A DNA stretch of 64,000 nucleotides from an uncultured Syntrophales bacterium (GCA_964650385.1 CAZYTP010000001.1:352-64351), one strand, 5' to 3'. Counted from the first letter of the stretch, positions 39,765 through 49,228 are shown. Notes: generated by a model not told the origin, from the sequence alone. A program made the numbers and translations.

Positions 39765-40232
39765 ATGGACGTAAAATATATCAATCCTTTTTTGGAGGGT
39801 ACTGTCAATGTGCTGCGTACGATGGCCTTTATTGAACCGAAACCTGGCAAACCGTTCATCAAACGTGATGACTATGCTAAAGGAGATATTTCAGGCATTA
39901 TAGGTCTTACCGGCGGCGCCATTACAGGTTCTATGGCTCTGAGCTTTGATGAATCATGTATCTTAAAAATCGTATCAAATATGCTCGGAGAAAAGATTCA
40001 AAACATGAATGGCGATATAAAAGATGCCGTGGGTGAAATTACCAATATGGTATCAGGTTCAGCCAGACAGCGTTTGGAAAAGGAAGGCATTATTCTTAAA
40101 TCGGCACTCCCGACCGTCGTTACTGGCAAAAACCACTCTATTACACATGTCATGGGGGGGCCGAGTATAATCATTCCGTTTCAGACGGCCGATGGGAATT
40201 TTGTTGTCGATATTTGTATTGGCAATCTTTAA
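39765..40232 (+). CDS. cheX: CheY-P phosphatase CheX
   Basis: 155 aa starting MDVKYINPFLEGTVNVL, with GIIGLTGG and GEITNMVSGSA, colinear with characterised CheX proteins. Confidence 0.8.
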   Translation: MDVKYINPFLEGTVNVLRTMAFIEPKPGKPFIKRDDYAKGDISGIIGLTGGAITGSMALSFDESCILKIVSNMLGEKIQNMNGDIKDAVGEITNMVSGSARQRLEKEGIILKSALPTVVTGKNHSITHVMGGPSIIIPFQTADGNFVVDICIGNL

Positions 40233-40361
40233 TACATCAGCACTGGTGAGTGAAGAACCCTTCGGAGATAAACAGTAATTACAAAAAGAGAAATGACCGC
40301 GTTGAAAATAAAACATGGAGATCGATTCTATTAAAAATTGAGCTCCTACAGCCTTCTGCAG

Positions 40362-42380
40362 TCAATAGGTGACGCACCTGAATCCGAGGATGTTTGAGTG
40401 ATATTCAGGTTGAAGTATTGTACGGCTGGACAGGCATATTCCGTTTCCCGATATAAAACTGCCACCCTTGGCAACACATAATGTGGATCCACTTTTTTCT
40501 TCATCGGCTTCTTCAGAAGATGTCAATGTCCATTCCAAAACATTTCCCAGAACGTCCGTGATTCCATAATCGTTTTCAAAATCACTGTATTTATCTACGG
40601 GTGTGGTGTCACCAATAAGGCTTTCCTCAATATTACAGGCACCCTTTACCCAATCATCTCCCCAGGGAAAGGTGTGGCCTGATGACGTCCTGGAGGCAGC
40701 TTCCCACTCTTCTTCAGTAGGCAATCTCTTTCCTGTCCAGGCTGCAAAGGCCATGGCATCTTCCAGGCTAACCTGGACAACGGGGTGGTTCCTCTTTCCA
40801 TAAAGCATACTACCGGGTCCGAAAGGCTGGTACCAACATGCTCCTTTTTCTACCTTCATGTTTAGGGTGGATTTGCCGGAAAATGTCATAACATTAGCTT
40901 TTTCATTGGTCTTCCTCCGAAAGTGTCGCCCCCGGAAAACGGTTCCATAGCCGAGTATTTCGGCTGTCGTCCTGTATCCGGTTTCCTCGATAAAGATCTC
41001 AAAAAGGGCGTTTGTGACAGGGAATTTGCCTATATAAAATGAGGGCAAACTAACCACCCGTTCAGGATTTTTGTTCTTTTCTGAAATGCCTGTACCGATA
41101 GTATAGTTACCTTCGGGAACAATGAAGTATTTATTATAAAATCTGTCCCTGGCAGCTAAGGACTCGTTAAATTTCTCGGCCAAAAGTTGCGCCCGTTCCT
41201 CTTCATCGACCTTGCCATCTGATTCATCGGGATGTATATCTTGCAATAAACTTTCGATCGATCTTGTTTCACCCTCGGTCTCAACCTCCCCGACCTCTTC
41301 TAATAGCTCTTCGACCTCATCCTCTTCAACCTCTTCCTCCAGCTCTATTTCTTCGATCTCACCTTCTTCCTGCTCCTGTAAGTCACCAAATCCCGGACCT
41401 CCTGCTCCTATCCCCGGTTCCACCACATCAAGATCATCTTCGCCCTCTATCTCTCCGCTTTCCCCGGCTTCAATCTCTTCCTCCTCCGGCACGTCTTCAG
41501 CTTCAACCTCCTCAATCTCTTCTAATAGCTCTTCGACCTCATCATCATCAACCCCTTCCAGTTCTTCCTCGGGTTCTATTTCTTCGATCTCACCTTCTTC
41601 CTGCTCCTGTAAGTCGCCGAATCCCGGACCTCCTGCTCCTGTCCCCGGTTCTCCCACATCAAGATCGTCTTCGCCCTCTATCTCTCCGCTTTCCCCGGCT
41701 TCAATCTCTTCCTCCTCCGGCACGTCTTCAGCTTCAACCTCCTCAATCTCTTCTAATAGCTCTTCGACCTCATCCTCTTCATCCGCTTCTATCTGAGATA
41801 TACCAGCATCTGCACCAAGAATTCCTGTCCCATTCAGCCCGGCCTTATCAGTAAGATTACGTATAAGGTCTCGTATCTCTTTTAATCTCTCAGGATCATT
41901 TTCCCCTTCTGAATCATCAAAGTATGACGAGTTTGAAAGAGTTTCACTCACAATTTTCAAGACGTCCTTTATCTGTTCTAAAAGAGCATCTCCACTCACC
42001 TCCTTCGCCTGCTTTATAAAGGCTTCGAGGGCATTGTCCCTGGCTTCATCAGACATAATAAAAACATTAGCAGGTCCTATTATGATGCCTTCCGGATTTT
42101 TCCCTTCCTCATATAGTTTCTTTAATTCGTTGTTGATTGAGGATTTGGCACTTTTAAGGTTTTTCCGTCTGTTTTTGATGGCTATGTGGTCATCACCTGT
42201 ATTCCATAGAACCTTGATCAGTTCGTCTGTATCAATACCCTCTATGGTTTCAATGACCGTATCATTTTCGTAATACTCTCTGATAACACTAATAAACCTG
42301 TGTTTTAGTACCGTTTTGTTTTTATAATTAAAATGAGATAATGCCTCATCAATACCTTTAATAGTTATTGCAAGGGCCAC
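40362..42380 (-). CDS. FGE/SUMF1 (formylglycine-generating enzyme family) domain protein with an unknown N-domain and an acidic tandem-repeat linker
   Basis: 672 aa, GTG start. The C-terminal ~260 aa carry FGE-sulfatase motifs (FPVTNALFEIF, HPVVQVSLEDAMAFAAWTGKRLPTEEEWE, NVLEWT, GFRCV). Confidence 0.8.
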   Translation of the reverse strand: MALAITIKGIDEALSHFNYKNKTVLKHRFISVIREYYENDTVIETIEGIDTDELIKVLWNTGDDHIAIKNRRKNLKSAKSSINNELKKLYEEGKNPEGIIIGPANVFIMSDEARDNALEAFIKQAKEVSGDALLEQIKDVLKIVSETLSNSSYFDDSEGENDPERLKEIRDLIRNLTDKAGLNGTGILGADAGISQIEADEEDEVEELLEEIEEVEAEDVPEEEEIEAGESGEIEGEDDLDVGEPGTGAGGPGFGDLQEQEEGEIEEIEPEEELEGVDDDEVEELLEEIEEVEAEDVPEEEEIEAGESGEIEGEDDLDVVEPGIGAGGPGFGDLQEQEEGEIEEIELEEEVEEDEVEELLEEVGEVETEGETRSIESLLQDIHPDESDGKVDEEERAQLLAEKFNESLAARDRFYNKYFIVPEGNYTIGTGISEKNKNPERVVSLPSFYIGKFPVTNALFEIFIEETGYRTTAEILGYGTVFRGRHFRRKTNEKANVMTFSGKSTLNMKVEKGACWYQPFGPGSMLYGKRNHPVVQVSLEDAMAFAAWTGKRLPTEEEWEAASRTSSGHTFPWGDDWVKGACNIEESLIGDTTPVDKYSDFENDYGITDVLGNVLEWTLTSSEEADEEKSGSTLCVAKGGSFISGNGICLSSRTILQPEYHSNILGFRCVTY
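41285..41775. repeat. Near-identical 231/222-bp tandem repeat (2.3 copies) inside the FGE-domain gene
   Basis: TAATAGCTCTTCGACCTCAT recurs at 41301, 41523 and 41754. It encodes DEVEELLEEIEEVEAEDVPEEEEIEAGESGEIEGEDDLDV.EPG.GAGGPGFGDLQEQEEGEIEEIE twice, plus a partial third unit. Confidence 0.9.
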
Positions 42381-42488
42381 TACGCTATCCTTTCAACTTC
42401 TATAGCAACAGCAAGATTCTTTGATTATGCTCTCTATTTAACGAAACATCGCAAATAAAAAGTGGTATAATTTTCTTATATTCCTTTT

Positions 42489-43310
42489 TTATAAATGAGA
42501 TTCTTGATGCTTATTTAAAAACATCAATTTTTTCTTGACCTGACCTACATGCCTCTTTTCAATTGCATGGACAGCAGTAGGCCCAAAACCTTTTATTATA
42601 ATCCGTTCTAAATTTTTGAACCATTTTTTTGATATTTCTGAGTAAAATTCAGGGTTTCCCATGGCCTTACTTAAACGTTTGGAAATTTCTTCACTAAAAA
42701 AAAGGTTGTAATCTGAAAAAGTAGTTGATAATGCCTGAGATCTTGAAGATTGGTTAATGGTGTTTCCCAAAAAGATTTTTTGATCTCCCAGGTTTCGATA
42801 AAAGATCATGCCGCAATGGGCACCGATAGAGAAGCCAATATGTTGTTTCCATCTTTTACCTGATTCATCCGTAAATATGGATTTAATATATCGTAAGTGC
42901 TTATTGCCTCTTACAATTTTGTCATTATTCTTCAACAAATCTATTATCTTAAAATTCAATTCTGGTACTAACCTGTCCAACAACATGTAAATATCGAGTA
43001 AGAGAAGGAAGCTGTCCAGAGTATTTGGGGTTTTATAACGATGATGCTTTGTAAGTAACAAGAACCCGTCGCCTGTATGCTTGTAATCAAATAAAACATC
43101 ATTACTGTTGCTGTCGATTACGGCTTCCAATGTTTCTGACAAAAAATCAAATATTATAGAATAGATCTGTTGTTTCAATCGGTTGCTAAAAGGTTTTCTC
43201 TCCTGAATAAGGAGCCTCCGCCCAATTTCAGAGAAGTTCCTCAGATCAACAATGACAGCAAAACCAAACAAAGCCTTAAACGAATTACTTTTCATATGGT
43301 ATTCTTCCAA
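42489..43310 (-). CDS. stand-alone class III nucleotidyl-cyclase-like protein
   Basis: 273 aa. FAVIVDLRNFSEI (beta1 with metal Asp), KHTGDGFLLL (second Asp) and IGFSIGAHCGMIFYRNLGDQKIFLGNTINQSSRSQAL follow the cyclase-homology-domain pattern. No sensor or transmembrane domain. Confidence 0.55.
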   Translation of the reverse strand: MEEYHMKSNSFKALFGFAVIVDLRNFSEIGRRLLIQERKPFSNRLKQQIYSIIFDFLSETLEAVIDSNSNDVLFDYKHTGDGFLLLTKHHRYKTPNTLDSFLLLLDIYMLLDRLVPELNFKIIDLLKNNDKIVRGNKHLRYIKSIFTDESGKRWKQHIGFSIGAHCGMIFYRNLGDQKIFLGNTINQSSRSQALSTTFSDYNLFFSEEISKRLSKAMGNPEFYSEISKKWFKNLERIIIKGFGPTAVHAIEKRHVGQVKKKLMFLNKHQESHL

Positions 43311-43437
43311 TCTTATAAAAATGTAAAAAACACAGTAGTTTCTTTATTTTTTAGGTCATCTACTGGAATTTCAAAATGTAGACTATCCCAATATTTATGG
43401 CAAGAAGCATGCCGAATTGAGATTATACGGAAAGTAG

Positions 43438-43644
43438 TACAAGACAGTTTTCAAGGAAGATTTCACTGATATTTTGAATCGGTTTAAGGCCATTTGCGGT
43501 TCGTTGGAAGGGATAACACTTGTATTTGATCAGGGTAATAACTCCCCAAAATGCTGAAGGAAGTAACCGGTCAGATACACTTTGTCGGGGCATTGTCTTC
43601 TTATCATCATAAAGGACTTAATAAAAGAAGCCAACAATTTTAAC
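43438..43644 (+). mobile_element. internal fragment of a DDE transposase (IS4/IS1634-like)
   Basis: 68 codons between stops, with no start: YKTVFKEDFTDILNRFKAICGSLEGITLVFDQGNNSPKMLKEVTGQIHFVGALSSYHHK. The LVFDxGNNS / HFVG pattern recalls IS1634-family transposases (from memory). Confidence 0.4.
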
Positions 43645-43880
43645 TGCATGGAAGTCTTTTCCTCCTCATGATGATAAGGAAAAGACGAAAATATATGAAC
43701 ATGATCTGCTGCAACCTCCAAAGTGCCTATCTCAAACTCATAATTTGCAGCAATTTCCTGAAAAACACTCTTTACTCGCTCTTGTATATCTCCATGCAAT
43801 ATCCATTTTCGATACTTAAGAGCCCCTACCAAATGATATTTGGTGTCATATACAGCATGACTGGTTCTTCTCAATCCCAT
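43530..43880 (-). mobile_element. tnpA: IS200/IS605 TnpA (Y1 HUH transposase), truncated after about 68 codons
   Basis: MGLRRTSHAVYDTKYHLVGALKYRKWILHGDIQERV...EVAADHVHIFSSFP is a TnpA_Y1 N-terminus with the HUH motif. The remainder (43530-43676) is unrelated sequence. A CCTGCC-TCC-GGCAGG hairpin at 43904-43918 sits where an IS200 left-end hairpin would be. Confidence 0.7.
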
Positions 43881-44030
43881 GCCGTATCTATAGTATATTC
43901 AGTCCTGCCTCCGGCAGGAAAACTTTTCACAAACTTGAAGGATATTTCATCCTCAACAATTCCTTCTCTGCCAACTGTGAAGCATTTTTTTTGCTTCTGC
44001 AATTGATCCGGATATCTCCTTTCCCGGGTG

Positions 44031-45527
44031 TCAGAAACTGCCAAATCTCTGTTTATAAATCGTTTGCTTTGCATTCTGGTTGATACTATAGTTACTTCTG
44101 CCGTTAAAAAAGAGCCTGTCTTTCCCCTGTTCCTTGGCTTTGTACATATTTTCATCTGCCCTTTTTATGAAATCCGTTAAATCTTCCTGATTAATATACT
44201 GTGCAATACCAATACTTATTGTTAAGTGAACAATCATTTCTGCTGCAGGGTGAAATGATTCGTCTTTAAAATCCGACCTTATTCTTTCCGCAACAAGCAT
44301 CCCTTTGCTTCCTTCAGTCTCGGGCAAAATAACCATAAACTCTTCACCACCGTATCGGTATGCAGAATCTGAACTCCGCATAGATTTTCGAATTAATTTG
44401 CCTAACTGAGCCAACACCTTATTTCCTTCCAAATGTCCGAATGAATCATTATATTTCTTGAAATTATCAACATCCAGCATCAAAAGGGTCAAAGGATGAT
44501 TATAGCGATTTACCCGTTTGATTTCTGATTTCAACTGGTTATAAAAATGCCTTGAATTATAAAGTTTCGTAAGATCATCTATAAGACTAAGTTTTTGATA
44601 TTTTTCTTTGCTTTTCTGTAGAGCTTTCTCTGTCTTTTTGTTGTCGTTAATGTCGCGTACGGATTCGATTGCGCCAATTATATTTCCATCGGAATCATAC
44701 ACGGGACTCGCCTTCCCCCACATAAACATTTCTTTTCCACCAACGATTATGGGATCATCAAGTTCGATGATCAGACAATCCCCTTTCCTGGAAACAAAAG
44801 AGATTTCTTTTCCTATTTCTTCTTCAGGCTTTAGTGCCAAATCAATCAATATGGGTCTCCTAACACCATAGAACGGTAAAGCGTATTCATATTCCCCTTT
44901 CCCCAACATATATTCCGCTCTAATACCTGTCATTTCTTCAATCGCCCGGTTCCACGCAATAACCTTTCCTTCAGAATCAATGGCGAATGTGGCATCTGGT
45001 AAAAAGTCAATAATATCACCTAATCGACGTTCCGACTCTTGCAGGGCGCCCTCTATCCGCTTTCGTTCGGTAATATCCTCTATTGCACCGTCTATCAATT
45101 GAATTTCACCATGTTCATCATACTGGATTGTTGCCGTTACTGAACACCAGACAATTGAGCCATCTTTCTGTCGGAGTTTCATTTCTTCATTTCTGACAAA
45201 ACCGTCCTTCTTAATCTTTTGAGAAAAAAGATCTCGGTCTTCCGTATTACGGTAGAGTTCGGAAGTAGAAACCTCTATAAGATCATCCAGAGAATCGTAA
45301 CCAAATATTTTGACAGCAGCAGGATTTGCCTGAAGAAATTGTCCGTGGGGTCCAGTTCTATATACACCGATATCCACATTTTCCAGCAAGGTTCGGTTTC
45401 TTTCTTCACTTTTCCGAAGTGCTTGCTCCACTTGCTTGTACTTGTCAACTTCTTTTTCTAAGCGCTTGATTTTTCGCTTCAATTGATCATATGTTGATTT
45501 TGGTGTCATTAAAAAGTCTCCGGGCAT
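44031..45527 (-). CDS. PAS-PAS-GGDEF diguanylate cyclase
   Basis: 498 aa with a coiled coil, PAS repeats, and a GGDEF domain with an intact RYGGEEF active site. Confidence 0.9.
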   Translation of the reverse strand: MPGDFLMTPKSTYDQLKRKIKRLEKEVDKYKQVEQALRKSEERNRTLLENVDIGVYRTGPHGQFLQANPAAVKIFGYDSLDDLIEVSTSELYRNTEDRDLFSQKIKKDGFVRNEEMKLRQKDGSIVWCSVTATIQYDEHGEIQLIDGAIEDITERKRIEGALQESERRLGDIIDFLPDATFAIDSEGKVIAWNRAIEEMTGIRAEYMLGKGEYEYALPFYGVRRPILIDLALKPEEEIGKEISFVSRKGDCLIIELDDPIIVGGKEMFMWGKASPVYDSDGNIIGAIESVRDINDNKKTEKALQKSKEKYQKLSLIDDLTKLYNSRHFYNQLKSEIKRVNRYNHPLTLLMLDVDNFKKYNDSFGHLEGNKVLAQLGKLIRKSMRSSDSAYRYGGEEFMVILPETEGSKGMLVAERIRSDFKDESFHPAAEMIVHLTISIGIAQYINQEDLTDFIKRADENMYKAKEQGKDRLFFNGRSNYSINQNAKQTIYKQRFGSF

Positions 45528-46245
45528 TCATGAAAACAAAAAACTCCTACACTATTTCATGAAATCACATCAGAATGCCTCGTTTTTAAATTTAAACGGG
45601 GATGAAAGACATTCTTATAATTCCCTTTCCCCCGGGTGGGAGAGGGGTGATTCATGTATTTTTCTTTCTTATCAGGAATTTTGAAAAAGCATAGACTATG
45701 CCATAATGCGATAATTGCACAATCTTCTGTAATGTCTGATAGTTAGAACTCATGGCTCAATCACCAAACAAGGAAATATCTACAAAATCACTTGCTATGT
45801 GGTTGATATGTCAAACCACTGACGTTGGGGGTATTGTTTTGAACATGGTTGGATGTGCTACCTATCTAACTGGTTTCTGACAGCTATCCCTATCTGTTCT
45901 AATACAAAAGGTTTCTTTATATAAACACCAGCGCCAAGTCCTTGGGTTTTCCTTTAAATAGTGAAAGCCGACCCCGGAGGGGCCGGCTTTGATTTAACCC
46001 TCGAAGGGGGATGATTTGCCTTGCCCCCTGAGGAAGCAAGAATGAGTTGCCCTTCACTGCGATTAAAATAATTTACGTTGTTGCTCTTCTCCCTTGTGTT
46101 CTTTGACCGGGAGCTCAGCCGCTTTGGTCAAAGATAACACTTTTTGTAAGGTTCTCGAAACGAGAGCGGTTATATAAAAATCTCAGTTAATTTGGACGGC
46201 AATCATAAAATATCATCAATGTAAATATACGCATTACATTTATTA

Positions 46246-46261
46246 TGGCACAATGCGTGCA
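46246..46261 (+). promoter_or_regulatory. Candidate sigma-54 promoter
   Basis: TGGCAC-AATGC-GTGCA has the GG and GC dinucleotides correctly spaced. It lies 218 nt upstream of the 46479 ORF. Confidence 0.55.
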
Positions 46262-46478
46262 AATATATAAATGCAAATATCTCGACGGCCACAGCCCAAT
46301 AACCCTCTAAGTAAGGGTTTATATGCGGCCGCAAAGGCTTTCCGGGCTTCTTTTTGTTCGGTTTGAATAGAACAGGTTGATTATCTGAGGGAAGTAATTT
46401 TTGCCTGTAAAGGCAAAAATTTCCTATCAGGGATCAAATACACCAAATATGCGAGGTCGCAAGAAAGGATAATGCAAT

Positions 46479-46934
46479 ATGAAAATATCAATTTATGACA
46501 TTGCGGGCAGTATCGACAACAAAAAAACAAAAAATGTCGAGAAACAATCAGGGCATAATTTTGACAAAATACTTCAAAATGAAATCAAGGGATCATCCAT
46601 ACCTGCGAATCATCAAAGATCCCTTCCTCCGATTGATAATATATCGCCAACACAATTTGAAATCGCATCCCTGGTTGATGATAAGAGACAAAACATTGAA
46701 CATGTTGAAAGTTTCATGAATGTTCTTGAAGATTATCAGAAGCAATTAGAAAACCCTGCAGTTAATCTCAAAGAGCTGGCTCCATTTGTTAATCGCCTGG
46801 AAAAGGAAGTAGAGAAAATTATGCCTTTTATGAACTCACTCCCCGACAATGATGAACTGAAGAACGTTCTCAATAAGGCCGTTATTGCATCGACCGTAGA
46901 AGTAATAAAATTCAATCGAGGTGACTACATATAA
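46479..46934 (+). CDS. hypothetical protein (151 aa)
   Basis: Good RBS context (AAGAAAGGA). No motif I can name with confidence. It vaguely resembles the small helical proteins found in flagellar operons (DUF327/YaaR-like), unverified. Confidence 0.55.
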   Translation: MKISIYDIAGSIDNKKTKNVEKQSGHNFDKILQNEIKGSSIPANHQRSLPPIDNISPTQFEIASLVDDKRQNIEHVESFMNVLEDYQKQLENPAVNLKELAPFVNRLEKEVEKIMPFMNSLPDNDELKNVLNKAVIASTVEVIKFNRGDYI

Positions 46935-47393
46935 CATCTCCACGTCTACATTTTTTTGTAAAATTCTTGCTTCAGGAATCCTTGGAAACGTATTGGCTTT
47001 TAAAAGGTTTTCATATTCTTTTTAGTCAAAAGCTTGTTTCTATGCGTACCCTCTCCTCTCTGGCATAGTCTGCCACACAATTACAAAGAGATTGAACAGC
47101 ACCTGTTCGATCTGACCTTGATCCGCTTGGCCGATACAATTCCTGCATCTGTAACAAATATTTGCCGTTAGTGTTTATTTCACTGTCACGACAAAAAGCG
47201 ATTCTTCCGAAAAACAAACTGCAATATATCGCAGGTACAATTATTGTGATACTGGGATTGTGGGCCCTGGGGAAAACGTATCTTTTGTAATGTATTTATC
47301 AAACAAGAAGTGGCCACAAAAGCCATTCAGAGGTGTTAAAATGAAGATAGTAACAGCTCAAGATACCCCTTCCTGTAAATTACTTTGCAAATT

Positions 47394-49112
47394 TCACGAA
47401 AGTTCAATACTGGAACAAGATTCCAGCATATACTTGACCCGCATGGAGATCGTGTGATTTTTCATCACGGCTTCCCTGCCCCGCTCTGCAATTTCGAGTG
47501 CTTCGTCTCCGTGTTCCAGATAATATGCTGCCTTAGAAAAAAGCTCTTCCAATGTACGGTAGGTTTCAACCTCTCTTCCCAGATCAAAAATCTCACCGAT
47601 TTCATCGCTATATTCAGCCAGAACGAAACCTCCGCAAGCCATAATATCAAAGATCCTCATCGGAACGATATCCATCTGGTAAAGCCTGTTTATATCGACA
47701 TTAATCGAGGATGCACAATAAATTTTGTTTATCTCATAAGAGTGGCCGGCACTCCCCATATATTTGACTCCGTATTGCTCTGCCATCCGCCATCCCTCAT
47801 CCCCCCATACTTTTACATCAAAATCGTTTAATCCGGCGAGATAGTTGATTCGCTTTTCCGCTGCCGCAATCTCACCTACGAGCATAAACGGATCGTGGGT
47901 CCCATTAAGACCTGAGAAGTAATTGAGGAAATCAGGGAAATGTTCACGGAGAAGATCCGGAATCACATAATTCGAAAGATCCTTTCGTTGTTCCGACAGA
48001 ACTTCTTCCAAAAGACGCACCCCTTTTCTCACCGCTTCATTGTCATCACCCAGGTACGCCTTGTAGTTTGAAAGAAAAATATCCTTACAAGCATTTGCAT
48101 TGTCAATCATACTCGATCCGACAAAGGACAGGGAAGCGCCATATTTATTTTGCTCCTCCGGTGAAAGATGCGGCGCTGATCTTTTTTCAATATCAGAAGC
48201 AAGAAAAAGATGCTCAACATTCTTAAATCCGGCTTCTACAAATTCGGATACATTGGTTTTACGATAAGTAAAGATGTAAGTCCGATCGGCCGGTGCCTTA
48301 CACGGTTTCAATCGGTCTGTTGCCGGATCTACCTCCCAGCAGACCAGATCGACGTTGTTGCTGTGGCAAAACTCAGCAAGGCCATTCATATAATTGACTG
48401 CAAAGACCACCTGTGGATTAAAACACCTGACCGTCATCTTCATTTCTTCAAGAGACAGCTTTCGTATATCAAGAGTATAAATAGAAAAACCAAGTTCCTC
48501 GAACGCTTTGCACACATCATCCGCGAAAAGATCTTCGGAACATATAATCGCCCGTTTTTCTCCCACTCCGCGCTCTATCAACTTCTGTTCATTCTTGTAA
48601 ACCTGACTCAGAAGGGGATGGTATATAACCGTGCCATACCTCGCCATACCGAGTATGTCTAAAATATCAATACCCATACGAACTTTCAGACGGCCGGATT
48701 TAAGATGTTCACTGTAGTCTTTTTGCATCAGGACAAGTCGGACAAGCCACGGATCCCGATCCCAGACAGTAATCCTGACCTTGCTGAATTGCTGCAATAT
48801 ATAATCAAGCTGCTCTCCCAATCCGATACCGAAAAGGAGTATGTTCTTTGCATCGCTAACATCACCCAGTGTGCTTTCTATCTCTTCATTATCAATAACG
48901 AAAGGTAATTGAGTCCGATGCCTCTCGTAACGAATTCCTCCGCCATCCAGAAAATGAATATGAGACCCGTCGACAGGCATGCATATCCGCTGAAATAAAT
49001 TCTCATCAATGGCGGCTAAAAATGCCAAATTCCTCTCTAATGTTGTCTCGGAAAACTGTTCCGGGAGTTTCTGATTCTTTATTGTCACTGATTCACCCTT
49101 CCTCAAAAGCAC
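47394..49112 (-). CDS. CgeB-family (DUF3880 + Glyco_trans_1_2) glycosyltransferase-like protein
   Basis: 572 aa. The C-terminus INVDINRLYQMDIVPMRIFDIMACGGFVLAEYSDEIGEIFDLGREVETYRTLEEL is typical of CgeB-like enzymes. Confidence 0.75.
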   Translation of the reverse strand: MLLRKGESVTIKNQKLPEQFSETTLERNLAFLAAIDENLFQRICMPVDGSHIHFLDGGGIRYERHRTQLPFVIDNEEIESTLGDVSDAKNILLFGIGLGEQLDYILQQFSKVRITVWDRDPWLVRLVLMQKDYSEHLKSGRLKVRMGIDILDILGMARYGTVIYHPLLSQVYKNEQKLIERGVGEKRAIICSEDLFADDVCKAFEELGFSIYTLDIRKLSLEEMKMTVRCFNPQVVFAVNYMNGLAEFCHSNNVDLVCWEVDPATDRLKPCKAPADRTYIFTYRKTNVSEFVEAGFKNVEHLFLASDIEKRSAPHLSPEEQNKYGASLSFVGSSMIDNANACKDIFLSNYKAYLGDDNEAVRKGVRLLEEVLSEQRKDLSNYVIPDLLREHFPDFLNYFSGLNGTHDPFMLVGEIAAAEKRINYLAGLNDFDVKVWGDEGWRMAEQYGVKYMGSAGHSYEINKIYCASSINVDINRLYQMDIVPMRIFDIMACGGFVLAEYSDEIGEIFDLGREVETYRTLEELFSKAAYYLEHGDEALEIAERGREAVMKNHTISMRVKYMLESCSSIELS

Positions 49113-49228
49113 TCCATTAATAATCTCTTGAGACCTATGTTATCTATTTTATTAACGTACTGTGTAACAAAGCCAGTAAACTGGCCTTTGATTAATTCAT
49201 GTGAGGTTATACAGTTTGCCATATATCC

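Noticed and set aside
41212-41854. Two plus-strand ORFs of about 195 aa rich in Ser, Pro and Leu.
   Set aside because: They are the antisense reading of the GAA/GAG-rich acidic repeat of the FGE-domain gene, so they are a compositional artefact.
42489-43310. Calling the cyclase-like gene a Pycsar (PycC) system.
   Set aside because: No adjacent effector with a cyclic-nucleotide-binding domain, TIR domain or transmembrane effector is visible. Only the cyclase-like fold pattern supports the idea, so it is reported as a hypothesis only.
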